From Arenicellales bacterium (lineage in GTDB: Bacteria > Pseudomonadota > Gammaproteobacteria > BMS3Bbin11), in contig JARFQE010000055.1 of assembly GCA_029287915.1 (NCBI GenBank), positions 293 through 64,292 on the forward strand: DNA of 64,000 bases, given 5' to 3'. Below the pieces are notes generated by a model. That model did no database searches and was not told the origin of the DNA. It saw only the letters and a list, made by a program, of their open reading frames with translations. Of the stretch, positions 9,586 to 20,896 are shown one piece after another (position 1 is the first letter of the stretch; the number at the start of each line of letters is the position of its first letter). Made by a program: the position numbers and the translations under genes.

Positions 9586-9614
9586 AAAAGGTGCTGCTGG
9601 TCAGCACCTTTTTT
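9586..9614 (+). terminator. Rho-independent terminator
   Basis: aaaaggtgctg-ctggt-cagcacctttttt, perfect stem with T-tract. Confidence 0.8.
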
Positions 9615-9646
9615 ATTTCTGTTTCACAGATCAGAGGAGCGTGAGA

Positions 9647-9847
9647 ATGACGACGATAAATATCAGAAACATGAAATGTGATGGTTGCGTTGCTAATGCA
9701 CAGAAAGCGCTGCAGGGATTGCCAGGTCTTGAGCGCGCCGAAATTGATCTACAACATGCCAATGCTGTGCTGATCGGCAATTTTGACCTTGATGAAGCAA
9801 TCAGGCGTCTGACAGATGCCGGCTACCCAGCGCAAAAAGCCGATTAA
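9647..9847 (+). CDS. copZ: Heavy-metal-associated (CopZ-like) copper chaperone
   Basis: MKCDGC motif, 66 aa ending AGYPA; GAGGAG RBS; stop overlaps copA ATG (TAATG). Confidence 0.85.
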   Translation: MTTINIRNMKCDGCVANAQKALQGLPGLERAEIDLQHANAVLIGNFDLDEAIRRLTDAGYPAQKAD

Positions 9848-12069
9848 TGTCTGAACAAAGACATCGTCTCTCTGTTACCGGCATGTCATGTGCCGGCTGT
9901 GTCAGCGCTGTTGAAGACGCGATATCTTCTGTACCTGGCGTCGACAGTGCAGTGGTCAATTTTGCCGAGCATACTGCCACCTTTAGCGGAGAGGCTATGG
10001 TGGATGACGTTGTGGAAGCAATCAAGAAAGCAGGTTATGGCGCTGCTATCATGCGCGGGATTGCCGATGAACAGGAAAAAGAGGCAGCCGAACTACTATT
10101 TTATCGTCAGCTACTGAAGAAAACGGTGGTTGCCGGGGTAGTGGCATTGCCATTGTTCCTAACGGGCATGTTGGGATGGTTGCCAACAGTCACTGCGCCA
10201 GCAGGACAGTTTTTCTGGTTATTAACTGGCATTGTGACGCTGGCTGTAATGGCCTATTCGGGCGGTCATTTTTACACCGGAGCAATCAATACACTGCGCC
10301 ACCACAGTGCCAATATGGATACGCTTATCGCACTTGGAACCGGATCTGCGTGGTTATTTTCCATGTCTGTAGTGCTGTTCCCCGAGCTGGTTCCCAGCCT
10401 TGCACAACATGCTTATTTTGAAGCAGCACTGGTGATAATCACACTGGTAAATCTTGGTAGTGCGCTGGAGATGAGGGCCAGGGGAAAGACCTCGGAAGCA
10501 ATTAAACGGTTGATCGGTATGCAGCCACGCACTGCACGGGTAGTCAGGGATGGCAAGGAAGAAGATGTCCAGATTGCCGATGTCGGGCTTGATGAAACTG
10601 TTCGTGTTCGCCCAGGTGAAAAAATTCCAGTTGACGGCGAAATCATAGAAGGTAGTTCCACCATAGATGAATCAATGCTGACAGGAGAGCCAATGCCTGT
10701 TGTTCGCCAACTGGGCGATACGGTAATTGGTGGAACATTGAACAAAAGCGGCAGCTTCCTGTTCAGGGCAAGCCGAATAGGCCGTGAAACTGTGCTGGCA
10801 CGGATCATCGAACTGGTCAGGGATGCGCAGAATGCAAAACCAGCCATAGGACGACTGGTTGACCGTATTGCTTCAGTCTTTGTCCCGACGGTGCTCATAA
10901 TAGCGATCCTTACTTTTCTCACCTGGTTCAACTTTGGCCCCGACCCAAAGTCAGCTTATGCCCTGGTAACCATGATGACAGTACTTATCATCGCCTGTCC
11001 CTGTGCCCTCGGCCTGGCCACGCCGATATCAATTATGGCAGGTATAGGCAAGGCAGCAGAGCAGGGCATACTGATAAGGAATGGTGACGCTTTACAAATG
11101 GCAGGCAAGCTCACAGTCGTTGTGCTGGACAAAACAGGGACGATCACCGAAGGAAGGCCGAAAGTCAGTCAAATACTCGCTCACGCTGACAGCGATGAAG
11201 AGCTGCTGGCTCTGGCTGCCGGGCTGGAAAAGAGCTCTGAGCACCCACTCGCCGAAGCCGTATTGGAGGCAGCCAGGGAGAGAAATATCCCGGCAGTTGA
11301 TATCGAGCATTTTGAGGCCGTGTCTGGCCAGGGTGTTATTGCAGAATATGACGGTGAAAAAGTCCTGTTCGGTAATGAGCGCCTGTTACAGGAACGTGGT
11401 GTAAACCTTGATAGCTTAAATGAATTGATGGCAAAGGTTAGAACCTCAATAGCAACACCTGTATTACTGGCCAGAGCGGGGACATTGTCAGGTATCCTAT
11501 TGATTGAAGATCAGATCAAGCACGATTCCGCAGAGACCATTCTGGCACTGAAGAAGCTCAATATCAGAACTGTCATGCTCAGTGGTGATCGACAGGCATC
11601 GGCAGAGGCGGTTGCCAGCATGGTTGGTATTGATGAAGTTGTCGCTGAAGTACTGCCGCAAGAAAAGGAACAGGTCATACGTAAGCTGCAGTCTGCCGGT
11701 GAAAAAGTAGCGATGGTCGGTGATGGTCTGAATGATGCTCCGTCACTGGCGCGTGCCGATGTTGGCTTTGCCATCGGCAATGGCACGGATGTGGCAATTG
11801 AAAGTGCAGATGTCACATTGATGGGCGCATCAATACGGGGAGTTCCTGTCGCGATAGAGCTTTCTCGCGCAACGGTAAAGAATATCTGGCAGAACTTGTT
11901 TGGTGCCTTTATTTACAACAGTATCGGTATTCCTGTGGCGGCAGGAATATTTTACCCGGTAAGTGGTTTGTTGCTTAACCCCATGGTTGCCGGTGCTGCA
12001 ATGGCGATGTCTTCTGTTACTGTTGTAAGCAACGCTAATCGACTGCGTCTATGGAAGCCAGGAAGGTAG
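9847..12069 (+). CDS. copA: Copper-translocating P1B-type ATPase
   Basis: [42 protein letters not shown] and MAMSS Cu(I)-type motifs. Confidence 0.96.
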   Translation: MSEQRHRLSVTGMSCAGCVSAVEDAISSVPGVDSAVVNFAEHTATFSGEAMVDDVVEAIKKAGYGAAIMRGIADEQEKEAAELLFYRQLLKKTVVAGVVALPLFLTGMLGWLPTVTAPAGQFFWLLTGIVTLAVMAYSGGHFYTGAINTLRHHSANMDTLIALGTGSAWLFSMSVVLFPELVPSLAQHAYFEAALVIITLVNLGSALEMRARGKTSEAIKRLIGMQPRTARVVRDGKEEDVQIADVGLDETVRVRPGEKIPVDGEIIEGSSTIDESMLTGEPMPVVRQLGDTVIGGTLNKSGSFLFRASRIGRETVLARIIELVRDAQNAKPAIGRLVDRIASVFVPTVLIIAILTFLTWFNFGPDPKSAYALVTMMTVLIIACPCALGLATPISIMAGIGKAAEQGILIRNGDALQMAGKLTVVVLDKTGTITEGRPKVSQILAHADSDEELLALAAGLEKSSEHPLAEAVLEAARERNIPAVDIEHFEAVSGQGVIAEYDGEKVLFGNERLLQERGVNLDSLNELMAKVRTSIATPVLLARAGTLSGILLIEDQIKHDSAETILALKKLNIRTVMLSGDRQASAEAVASMVGIDEVVAEVLPQEKEQVIRKLQSAGEKVAMVGDGLNDAPSLARADVGFAIGNGTDVAIESADVTLMGASIRGVPVAIELSRATVKNIWQNLFGAFIYNSIGIPVAAGIFYPVSGLLLNPMVAGAAMAMSSVTVVSNANRLRLWKPGR

Positions 12070-12070
12070 A

Positions 12071-12151
12071 ATGATATTACTGGTCAATAGTGTTGGTCTG
12101 CTATTAATTGGTTTGATCATCTGGTGGTTCTGGTTTAGTAAGTCTCGGTGA
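12071..12151 (+). CDS. Putative 26-aa single-TM peptide downstream of copA
   Basis: MILLVNSVGLLLIGLIIWWFWFSKSR*; GGAAGG RBS; starts 1 nt after the copA stop; too short for the ORF track. Confidence 0.6.
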   Translation: MILLVNSVGLLLIGLIIWWFWFSKSR

Positions 12152-12197
12152 AAACAAGCGTGATTGATTACAGTATCTATATGCATGAGGTAATGAA

Positions 12198-12971
12198 ATG
12201 AGCTGGTGGGGAAAGCTGGTCGGTGGTGCTTTTGGTTTTATGCTCGGTGGGCCGCTTGGCGCGCTGATTGGCGCGGCGATCGGCCATAATTTCGATACCG
12301 GAATGAAGATGCAGACTGACTGGGCGCCAGGCGACCAGGAGCGAGTGCAAACGGCATTCTTTACCGCGACATTTTCCGTTATGGGGCATATAGCCAAGGC
12401 GGATGGCCGTGTTTCCAGCGATGAAATAGCAAACGCTAAACAGGTAATGTCCTCAATGGAACTGGATGCGGATATGCAAAAAGTTGCCATCAAACTTTTT
12501 CAGCAGGGCAAGGCCAGTGATTTTCCACTGGATAATATCCTTGAACAATTCAGGCGCGAATGCCACCGGCGACAAAATCTGATCCGACTGTTTATCGAAA
12601 TTCAGCTGCAGGCTGCTTTTGCCGATGGCAAGATGCATCCGAAAGAAAGGAAGCTACTGCTCCATATCTGTCGTCAGCTGGGGATTTCACCTGATGAGTT
12701 TGATGTGCTGGCAGGAGCTGCCGGTGCAGAGAGAAATTATGGCGGCGCTGCAGGCCGCAACCGCATGAGCCTGGAAGATGCCTATGCCGTACTAGAGATA
12801 AGCCGTGATAGCAATGACCGAGAAATCAAAAAGGCCTATCGCAGGATGATGTCGCGCCATCATCCGGACAAGCTCGTTGCCAGGGGACTGCCAGAAGAAA
12901 TGATGAAACTGGCGACAGAAAAAACCCAGGAAATCCAGACAGCCTACGAGTTGATCAAAAAATCACGATAG
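12198..12971 (+). CDS. djlA: Co-chaperone DjlA
   Basis: MSWWGKLVGG N-terminal TM, TerB-like middle (GHIAKADGRVS), C-terminal J domain with HPDK. Confidence 0.95.
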   Translation: MSWWGKLVGGAFGFMLGGPLGALIGAAIGHNFDTGMKMQTDWAPGDQERVQTAFFTATFSVMGHIAKADGRVSSDEIANAKQVMSSMELDADMQKVAIKLFQQGKASDFPLDNILEQFRRECHRRQNLIRLFIEIQLQAAFADGKMHPKERKLLLHICRQLGISPDEFDVLAGAAGAERNYGGAAGRNRMSLEDAYAVLEISRDSNDREIKKAYRRMMSRHHPDKLVARGLPEEMMKLATEKTQEIQTAYELIKKSR

Positions 12972-13040
12972 CCAATTTAAGCTAAATCTCCCAGTACTGA
13001 CCTACTACGCGGTGGCAGAAATAGCCACAAGAGAATTACT

Positions 13041-13247
13041 ATGACAATTGCCGAATTTGAAAGCTATGCAATGAACATCACCCTGACCATCTTCATGCTG
13101 TGGATGGCTGCTATTATCTGGAAACTTGGAAAGGAATCAGGTGGTGGTAAATGGGCCTATATTTCCCTGTCTTTAGCTCTAGGTATGGGGTTTGTTGGTT
13201 TTGTTGCGAAAATAGTATTGGTCGAGTTCGTGCTGGATGTAGGGTGA
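13041..13247 (+). CDS. DUF2788-like small membrane protein
   Basis: 68 aa, two TM segments around IIWKLGKESGGGKW, ending LGMGFVGFVAK. Confidence 0.7.
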   Translation: MTIAEFESYAMNITLTIFMLWMAAIIWKLGKESGGGKWAYISLSLALGMGFVGFVAKIVLVEFVLDVG

Positions 13248-13388
13248 ATAGATTAAGTTTTATGTGAGAGGTTTCGTGTTTCAAGACGGCACAATGGTGG
13301 CAGCGAATATTGTCTTTTTTCATGCGCGAAAAATCCATTTGAGCTGACGAAAAGCGGTTACTTCATCCTGATTGAAACTTTTCTTGCA

Positions 13389-14177
13389 TTACAAACCACC
13401 TAACCAGGTGAGCACTTCTTTGACCAGCACCTCATTCTGGCCATCAAAAAAATGATCCGCTCCTGGTACCATGATTTGCATAGAGCGCTTACTGGAAGCA
13501 GGAATTTTTCTGCTCTCGATAGATTGCCTTCTTTGATTGGCGCTAGACAAAACACTGTCCAGGTCAATTTCACCATAGAGATCCAGTACCGGCACATGGA
13601 TAGATTTTAATAACATCACATTATCCATCACCGTGGATTTTCCACCACCACTCATGCCGATAGCAACAAAACCTTTAACAGGATCTGGCTGATTGTTAGC
13701 GAGATAATAGGCACCCATTGCAGCCCCGAGAGAATGGCTGATGATTACAACGCGCTTTGTACCATGATCTTGAAGATACTTTATTCCCGCTTCGATTCTG
13801 CCTGGTACTTCTTTGAATAGTGGTGCATATTCCTCATAGCCAATACCGTTAGCCAGGATCGGCATTTGTAGTGACAACGTGGCCCAGCCGTTTTCTGGCA
13901 GGCCTGTACGCAATGGTCTGACCACCTGGTCCCAGTCAGGGTGGACACCCAGTCCATGCAGAATAATGGCCGCATCGGCACTGTTGCTGGTAGACGATGG
14001 AGTAAAGATAGCAAGAAAACCCAGCTCACCATCTTTCAACGTAACCGGTTCGCCGTCGAAGATGGTATCTACGACCTGTTCGGCCCAGCGTTTTTCCTTG
14101 GCTAAATCAGAGGCCTGTGTAATGGAAGTGCTTAAAAGTAGAATGATGGTGAAAATTATGCGGTTGTGAAAAAACAT
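13389..14177 (-). CDS. Exported alpha/beta hydrolase (DUF3530-like)
   Basis: Signal peptide, ILHGLGVHPDW, SHSLG nucleophile elbow, GADHFF. Confidence 0.8.
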   Translation of the reverse strand: MFFHNRIIFTIILLLSTSITQASDLAKEKRWAEQVVDTIFDGEPVTLKDGELGFLAIFTPSSTSNSADAAIILHGLGVHPDWDQVVRPLRTGLPENGWATLSLQMPILANGIGYEEYAPLFKEVPGRIEAGIKYLQDHGTKRVVIISHSLGAAMGAYYLANNQPDPVKGFVAIGMSGGGKSTVMDNVMLLKSIHVPVLDLYGEIDLDSVLSSANQRRQSIESRKIPASSKRSMQIMVPGADHFFDGQNEVLVKEVLTWLGGL

Positions 14178-14317
14178 ATTTGTCCCTTTTATAGAGATAC
14201 ACGATAAATATTATTTGTTTATAAAACATCATGGTTTTGCTATCTTTCCAGTTATCTTAAGCAGACTTTACTGCATACCGATCAAACAACATACCAGAAC
14301 AAGCGATACATTTCCTC

Positions 14318-15421
14318 ATGTCAGATAATCCCACCCCAGGACGCATCAGCACTACCATTAGTGAAGAAGAACTGCATCGCATAGAAGAGATGGCAGCAGG
14401 GGTCCCACACCCGCTACCTATTAGCGATGATGAAAAAGCGCCGTTGATGAAAGAGATCGGTCGCCTGTTGGTACAACAGGATGCTGTGCTAGTCGCACAT
14501 TATTATGTTGACGATGATCTGCAGGAGCTGGCACTGAAAACGGGGGGGCACGTTGCTGACTCACTGGAAATGGCACGTTTCGGTCATGATCACCCGGCGC
14601 AGACACTGATAGTGGCAGGTGTGCGTTTCATGGGAGAAACAGCCAAGATACTGAATCCTGAAAAACGTGTACTTATGGTTGAGAATGATGCCACCTGTTC
14701 ACTCGACCTGTCCTGCCCAATTGATCGGTTCAGCCAGTACTGTGATGCACATCCCGATCGCAAGGTGGTGGTCTACGCCAATACCAGCGCTGAGGTCAAA
14801 GCACGTTCTGACTGGGTGGTTACATCCGGGATTGCGCTCGATATTGTTCGTCATCTGCACAATCAGGGAGAAAAAATAATATGGGCACCTGATCGCCACC
14901 TGGGTGATTATATACAACATCAGACCGGTGCGGATATGTTGTTGTGGGGAGGGGTCTGTGTAGTGCATGACGAATATCGCAGCAAGGAATTACAGCAAAT
15001 GATTAAGCAGTATCCGGATGCCATGGTGCTGGTGCACCCGGAATCGCCCCGTTCGATTATTCAGCTGGCAGATGTTGTCGGTTCCACGACGACGTTGATC
15101 AATGCAGTCCAGCAAAGTGAAGCGAAACGTTTCATCGTCGCGACAGACCGTGGAATTTTCTACAAGATGCATGCAGTTGCCGGTGAAAAGGAACTGTTCG
15201 AAGCGCCGACCTCCGGCAAAGGCGCGAGTTGTGTGTCCTGTGGACATTGCCCATGGATGGCCATTAATACTCTACAAAAGTTACGCGATATTCTTGTGAA
15301 TGGTGGCAAAACCATAGAAATTGACAACAAAATCATCGAAAAAGCCGTTGTTCCGATAAGACGAATGCTTGATTTCGCGCAGCAGCGTGAAGTAGATATG
15401 AAAGTCAGGGGAGACGCCTGA
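14318..15421 (+). CDS. nadA: Quinolinate synthase
   Basis: [46 protein letters not shown]. Confidence 0.96.
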   Translation: MSDNPTPGRISTTISEEELHRIEEMAAGVPHPLPISDDEKAPLMKEIGRLLVQQDAVLVAHYYVDDDLQELALKTGGHVADSLEMARFGHDHPAQTLIVAGVRFMGETAKILNPEKRVLMVENDATCSLDLSCPIDRFSQYCDAHPDRKVVVYANTSAEVKARSDWVVTSGIALDIVRHLHNQGEKIIWAPDRHLGDYIQHQTGADMLLWGGVCVVHDEYRSKELQQMIKQYPDAMVLVHPESPRSIIQLADVVGSTTTLINAVQQSEAKRFIVATDRGIFYKMHAVAGEKELFEAPTSGKGASCVSCGHCPWMAINTLQKLRDILVNGGKTIEIDNKIIEKAVVPIRRMLDFAQQREVDMKVRGDA

Positions 15422-15556
15422 CTGGCCTGAAAGTGCCCCTGCAACCGGTGATAGCCGGCGTTCTGTTATAATTCGCGATTGTCTTATACATCACGACGCA
15501 TTTCTTGCTCAAAATACAGGAAAAAAACCCGTCAGAAGACGAAAGAGGGTATCAGC

Positions 15557-16870
15557 ATGGCTGGGAAGAAAAATGTAAATAAAACGGTAACTATTACTGA
15601 TAATCGAAACGGTAATAAGGTTGATCTGCCTGTTATGACTGGAATACATGGACCGGATGTCTTTGATGTCCGTTCGATGTATTCAAGTCTAGGTATGTTT
15701 ACCTATGATCCGGGTTTTGTTTCTACTGCCACCTGCAGCAGTTTCATCACCTATATCGATGGAGATAATGGCGTCCTTTTATATCGCGGCTACCCGATAG
15801 AACAACTGGCCGAGAAGAGCAGCTATATCGAGGTTTGTTACCTGCTGCTGAACGGTGAACTGCCGTCTACAGCACAACTCGAAACCTTTCGTTGTAATAT
15901 TACCCGTCACACAATAGTTCATGAAGGCATGCGCCGTTTCTATGAGGGTTTTCGGCATGATGCTCATCCCATGGCTTTCATGCTCGGCTGTGTGGGGGCG
16001 ATGTCATCTTTCTATCATGACTCAACTGATGTCACGAACCCGCGCCACCGGGAAATCTCTGCACATCGGCTGATCGCAAAAATGCCCACTATTGCAGCAG
16101 ACAGTTACAGGTATTCCATCGGTCTGCCTTTTAATTTTCCACAGAATAATCTGGAGTATTCGGAAAACTTCCTGCATATGATGTTTGCTTTGCCGACCGA
16201 AGAATATGTCGTTAATCCTATCCATGCCAGGGCGCTTAACCTGATACTGATCCTGCACGCAGACCATGAACAAAATGCAAGTACCTCATCTGTCAGGCTG
16301 GCAAGTTCATCCGGAGCGAATCCGTTTGCCAGTGTCTGTGCCGGTATCGCCTCATTGTGGGGACCTGCACATGGTGGTGCCAATGAGGCTGTAATTAAAA
16401 CACTTGAAGAAATAGGTGATCCAAAAAACATCCCGAAATTCGTTGCTCGAGCAAAGGACAAGGACGATGATTATCGGCTGATGGGATTTGGACATAGAAT
16501 CTATAAAAACTTTGATCCCAGGGCGACTCTAATTCGAAATGCCTGTCACGAGCTCCTGGATGACATGGGGGATTATGATGATCCCTTGTTCGAAATTGCA
16601 CTGGAGCTAGAACGTATAGCCCTCGAAGATGACTATTTTAAGGAGCGCAAGCTCTATCCGAATGTCGATTTTTACTCAGGCATTATCATGCGGGCAATGG
16701 GAATTCCAATAAATATGTTCACTGTGATTTTTGCTATGGCGCGCACTGTCGGCTGGATCGCACAATGGATGGAAATGATGGATGATCCTGAACAGCGCAT
16801 CGGGCGTCCAAGACAGCTCTATACAGGAAAAGCCTGGCGAGATTACGTGCCGATCGATGAGCGTGACTGA
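15557..16870 (+). CDS. gltA: Citrate synthase (type II)
   Basis: [51 protein letters not shown]; ATG 15557 chosen for its GAGGG RBS. Confidence 0.97.
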   Translation: MAGKKNVNKTVTITDNRNGNKVDLPVMTGIHGPDVFDVRSMYSSLGMFTYDPGFVSTATCSSFITYIDGDNGVLLYRGYPIEQLAEKSSYIEVCYLLLNGELPSTAQLETFRCNITRHTIVHEGMRRFYEGFRHDAHPMAFMLGCVGAMSSFYHDSTDVTNPRHREISAHRLIAKMPTIAADSYRYSIGLPFNFPQNNLEYSENFLHMMFALPTEEYVVNPIHARALNLILILHADHEQNASTSSVRLASSSGANPFASVCAGIASLWGPAHGGANEAVIKTLEEIGDPKNIPKFVARAKDKDDDYRLMGFGHRIYKNFDPRATLIRNACHELLDDMGDYDDPLFEIALELERIALEDDYFKERKLYPNVDFYSGIIMRAMGIPINMFTVIFAMARTVGWIAQWMEMMDDPEQRIGRPRQLYTGKAWRDYVPIDERD

Positions 16871-16895
16871 TGCAGCTGATTGATATTCTCGCCAG

Positions 16896-17804
16896 ATGAA
16901 AAAACTGCAGGCAATCCTCGCTATAGAAAAGGCGTCTGTAAGTCATAGCGAGAGAATTATTTCTGCTGTAGGCGGATTCTCAGGAATTCTCGCTATATTT
17001 GTTATTTCCAGCGCTTTACTTACAAAAGACTCGGCTGTCCTGATTGTAGCCTCGATGGGTGCTTCTGCGGTGCTGTTATTTGCAGTCCCTCATGGTCCAT
17101 TGTCTCAGCCCTGGGCAGTTTTTACTGGCCATATCATCTCCGCTGTTATTGGAGTGAGCTGTGCAAAGTGGATACCTGACCTGTTTCTTGCATCAGCTAT
17201 GGCCGTTGGCCTTGCTATTGGAGCCATGCACTATTTTAGCGCCATTCACCCTCCTGGTGGAGCGACTGCTCTGACGGCAGTTGCTGGGGGTGCTGAAATA
17301 CATGCCCTGGGCTATCAGTTTGTGCTAACGCCAGTGCTAGTCAATGTTCTGGCAATTCTTATCATTGCTGTCGCGTTTAATGCATTTTTTCAATGGCGGC
17401 GATATCCGAGTTATTTTAAAAGGTCTGATGAAAAGGATCCCTATGACCAGATATCACACGCCGACCTGGTGTATGCGTTATCAGAGATCGATTCCTATAT
17501 CGATATCTCGGAACAGGATCTACTGGAAATCTATAAGATCGCAACTCGACGGGCAATTGAAGCCGATCACCTTCATCAATCGCTGATTAAACTATGGCAC
17601 TTTTTCAGTAATGGCGCCGACGATGATAAGCGGATAGTAAGACAGCTTGTCGATGAAGATGATGACGGATCAACAATTATTTATAAAACCGTTGCCGGTC
17701 CCGGATTGCGCAGTACCGGGCACATCACACGCCAGGAATTTGCGAACTGGGCAAAATACGAAGTCGAGTTAGTCGATGGGCAATGGCAGCGCGTAGTACG
17801 ATAG
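16896..17804 (+). CDS. HPP family membrane protein with C-terminal soluble extension
   Basis: ASMGASAVLLF, GPLSQPW and HPPGGATAL motifs. Confidence 0.88.
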   Translation: MKKLQAILAIEKASVSHSERIISAVGGFSGILAIFVISSALLTKDSAVLIVASMGASAVLLFAVPHGPLSQPWAVFTGHIISAVIGVSCAKWIPDLFLASAMAVGLAIGAMHYFSAIHPPGGATALTAVAGGAEIHALGYQFVLTPVLVNVLAILIIAVAFNAFFQWRRYPSYFKRSDEKDPYDQISHADLVYALSEIDSYIDISEQDLLEIYKIATRRAIEADHLHQSLIKLWHFFSNGADDDKRIVRQLVDEDDDGSTIIYKTVAGPGLRSTGHITRQEFANWAKYEVELVDGQWQRVVR

Positions 17805-17873
17805 TTGCAAGTTCGTAGATATAGACTTTTAGATCTATCCTTAGTCCTTAGTCCCCTGGCTCTGTACTGAATT

Positions 17874-17897
17874 ATGAATATTAAATTGATTATTCAT
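17874..17897. promoter_or_regulatory. Candidate TetR operator (ATGAATA-N10-TATTCAT)
   Basis: Perfect 7-bp inverted repeat about 50 nt upstream of the TetR gene. Confidence 0.45.
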
Positions 17898-17947
17898 CAT
17901 TCAGGAGATATTCTATCAATCTGTTTAATTATGTCTCTGGAGAAGGA

Positions 17948-18550
17948 ATGATCGAGCAAGAGCAGGAAGCCGAAATGATTAGGGACGAGATCCTGAACGC
18001 AGCGCATCAGCGTTTTCGGACCTTTGGTTACGGCAAAACTACCATGGCGGAGATTGCTGAAGATGTGAATATGTCAGCAGCCAATCTGTACCGGTATTTT
18101 CATAACAAGCAGGACATTGCTGCTGCATGTGCAGATCAGTGCATGGCAGATCTGCACACATTGCTTAAAAATGTCATAAACCTGCCAGATCTAAATGCGA
18201 CCCAGAGACTCCACATGTTCGTTCAGACCGCAATGCGCTACTACTATGAGATGAGTCATGACACACCCCGACTCAATGAACTGGTGGAAAGTATTGCGCA
18301 CAATCATCCTCGCATTATCCATCAGAGAAACCAGAAGATCGAGAGTCTGATGGCTGCAATCCTTAAGCAGGGAATTGAGGAAGATGAATTTCAGGTTGAT
18401 GATGTCTCTACAACGGCAAGGGCTGTCACAAAGGCTATAGTGATGTTCTCGACGCCAATTTTTATGCCGCTGTACACACTCGAGCAATTCGAAAAAATGG
18501 CTGTTGATGTTGTCGCGCTGATTATCAAAGGTCTCAGAAAAACAAACTAA
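17948..18550 (+). CDS. TetR/AcrR family regulator
   Basis: GYGKTTMAEIAEDVNMSAANLYRYFHNK HTH. Confidence 0.93.
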   Translation: MIEQEQEAEMIRDEILNAAHQRFRTFGYGKTTMAEIAEDVNMSAANLYRYFHNKQDIAAACADQCMADLHTLLKNVINLPDLNATQRLHMFVQTAMRYYYEMSHDTPRLNELVESIAHNHPRIIHQRNQKIESLMAAILKQGIEEDEFQVDDVSTTARAVTKAIVMFSTPIFMPLYTLEQFEKMAVDVVALIIKGLRKTN

Positions 18551-18568
18551 CAACACGGGGCATTACTA

Positions 18569-20896
18569 ATGCACGAATTTGAGAGGAGATTTGGAGAACT
18601 GGTTATCCAGTATCGCTGGCTGGTTATCATCGCTTGTCTGCTGCTAGTGGGTTTCATGGCCAGCGGTGCAAAACATCTATCGATGACCACTAACTACAGG
18701 GTCTTTTTCAGTGAAGACAACCCACAGCGAATGGCTTTTGAAGCACTGGAAAATACCTATACGAAAAATGATAACGTGATGTTCGTTATTGCCCCTGAGG
18801 ATGGAAATGTATTTTCAAAAAAGGTTATGGAGGCGGTTTATGAACTCACTGAAAAGTCCTGGCAGGTACCCTACTCATCACGTGTCGACTCGCTGACTAA
18901 TTACCAGCATACCGAGGCAGAGGGTGATGATCTACTGGTCGAGGATCTCGTTGAAGACCCTGCCCTGTTGACTGAAGAGCGACTCGCCTATATCAGGCAG
19001 GTGGCCGTCAATGAGCCTCTGCTAAGACATCGTCTGGTCTCGGACCGCGCACATGTCACGGCGGTGAATGTCACTGTGCAATTACCCGGAATCAATGAAG
19101 CAACGGAAACACCGGAAGTGGTGGCTTTTACGCGCAATCTCGCAGCAGAAATTGAAGCAAAATATCCTTTTATCAAAATATACATGACCGGCATGGTTAT
19201 GATGAACAACAGCTTCTCAGAAGCTTCCCAGAATGACATGAAAACACTGGTGCCATTAAGTTTTCTGATCATGATGGTGATGTTGCTGTTGATGCTACGG
19301 GGTTTTGCGGGAACTGCACTGACCATGGTTGTTATAATCCTGTCCGTTATTGCCGCGATGGGGGCGGGTGGTCATATCGGATATCCGATAACTCCACCAA
19401 GCGCGACAGCACCAACAATCATCCTGACGGTAGCAATCGCAAATTCCGTGCATGTGCTGGTGACTTTTTATCACTATATGCGCGAAGGCATGGACAAGAT
19501 CGCAGCGATGATAGAAAGCATGCGGGTAAATCTGCAGCCGGTATTCCTGACCAGCCTGACAACATCGATCGGATTCATGAGTATGAACTTTTCGGATGTG
19601 CCGCCCTTTAACCATCTTGGCAATATGGTGGCAATCGGTGTGATGATGTCATTTGTTCTGGCTGTAACTTTCCTGCCGGCAGTAATCAGCCTGTTACCGG
19701 TCAAAGTACGTGTTCATCATGAAAAAGGTGACAGGCTGATGCTATCTATCGGCAATTTTGTCGTCAACAACAGACGTAAGCTGTTGCCTGGCATGACTCT
19801 GCTGGTAGTTGTGCTGGTATCATTCCTGCCGCGCAATGAACTCAATGACGTATTTCTAGAGTATTTCGATGAAACGATCCAGTTTCGCAACGACACGGAT
19901 TTTACAGTCAAAAACCTGACTGGCATGTACCTGATCGATTTTTCAGTTGAGTCTGCAGAGCCAGGCGGTATCAGTAATCCGGAATTCCTGCAGGAGGTTG
20001 AGGACTTCGCTAACTGGTTCAGAGAACAGCCGGAAACTTTACATGTCAATGTGTTCACCGACATTATGAAGCGACTTAACAGGAACCTGCATGGTGATAA
20101 CGATGCTATGTATAAACTCCCTGATGAGAGAAACCTCTCTGCCCAGTACTTGTTGATGTACGAGATGTCGCTGCCGTATGGCCTTGATCTTAATAACCAG
20201 ATCAATGTCGATAAATCGGCAACGCGCATGGTTGTTACCTTGCGCACCCTGTCAACAAACCAAATGATTGCACTCGAGAAGCGATCCAGCCAGTGGCTGC
20301 AAGAGAATGCAGAATTCATCAAGGCAGCGGCAGCCAGCGGTCCGACAATGATGTTCGCACACATCGGCAAACGGAACATAATTAGTATGCTTGCTGGCAC
20401 GACAATCGCTTTGATAATGATTTCAATGATCCTGATTATTGCCCTCAGGTCTTTCAAACTGGGTCTTACAAGTATGGTACCGAACCTGGTTCCCGCTGCG
20501 ATGGGTTTTGGTATCTGGGGTATGCTGGTCGGTGAGGTCGGGCTTGCGTTATCGGTCGTTACCAGCATGACACTTGGGATCGTGGTTGATGATACAGTTC
20601 ACTTTATGAGCAAGTATCAACGTGCACGAAGAGAAAGCGGCCTGAATTCCGAACAGGCTGTCCGCTATGCATTCACCAGTGTCGGCAGGGCACTGTTGAC
20701 GACTTCGGTAGTGCTGATTGCCGGTTTCCTGGTGCTGGCACTGTCATCATTCAAACTGAATTCCGGTATGGGTCTGCTAACCGCACTGGTTATTGCACTG
20801 GCGCTTATCGCAGACTTCCTGCTGTTACCACCGTTGCTAATGAAACTAGAGGAAAAATCCAATGAAAAAGACACCGCTGTTGCTCCTGCTTCTTAG
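18569..20896 (+). CDS. MMPL/RND family transporter
   Basis: Two RND-like halves; LTSLTTSIGF and LGIVVDDTVHF motifs. Confidence 0.9.
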   Translation: MHEFERRFGELVIQYRWLVIIACLLLVGFMASGAKHLSMTTNYRVFFSEDNPQRMAFEALENTYTKNDNVMFVIAPEDGNVFSKKVMEAVYELTEKSWQVPYSSRVDSLTNYQHTEAEGDDLLVEDLVEDPALLTEERLAYIRQVAVNEPLLRHRLVSDRAHVTAVNVTVQLPGINEATETPEVVAFTRNLAAEIEAKYPFIKIYMTGMVMMNNSFSEASQNDMKTLVPLSFLIMMVMLLLMLRGFAGTALTMVVIILSVIAAMGAGGHIGYPITPPSATAPTIILTVAIANSVHVLVTFYHYMREGMDKIAAMIESMRVNLQPVFLTSLTTSIGFMSMNFSDVPPFNHLGNMVAIGVMMSFVLAVTFLPAVISLLPVKVRVHHEKGDRLMLSIGNFVVNNRRKLLPGMTLLVVVLVSFLPRNELNDVFLEYFDETIQFRNDTDFTVKNLTGMYLIDFSVESAEPGGISNPEFLQEVEDFANWFREQPETLHVNVFTDIMKRLNRNLHGDNDAMYKLPDERNLSAQYLLMYEMSLPYGLDLNNQINVDKSATRMVVTLRTLSTNQMIALEKRSSQWLQENAEFIKAAAASGPTMMFAHIGKRNIISMLAGTTIALIMISMILIIALRSFKLGLTSMVPNLVPAAMGFGIWGMLVGEVGLALSVVTSMTLGIVVDDTVHFMSKYQRARRESGLNSEQAVRYAFTSVGRALLTTSVVLIAGFLVLALSSFKLNSGMGLLTALVIALALIADFLLLPPLLMKLEEKSNEKDTAVAPAS

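Noticed and set aside
19717-20568. 283-aa antisense ORF within the MMPL gene (and similar shadow ORFs elsewhere)
   Set aside because: Fully nested opposite a well-supported gene, with no recognisable motifs.
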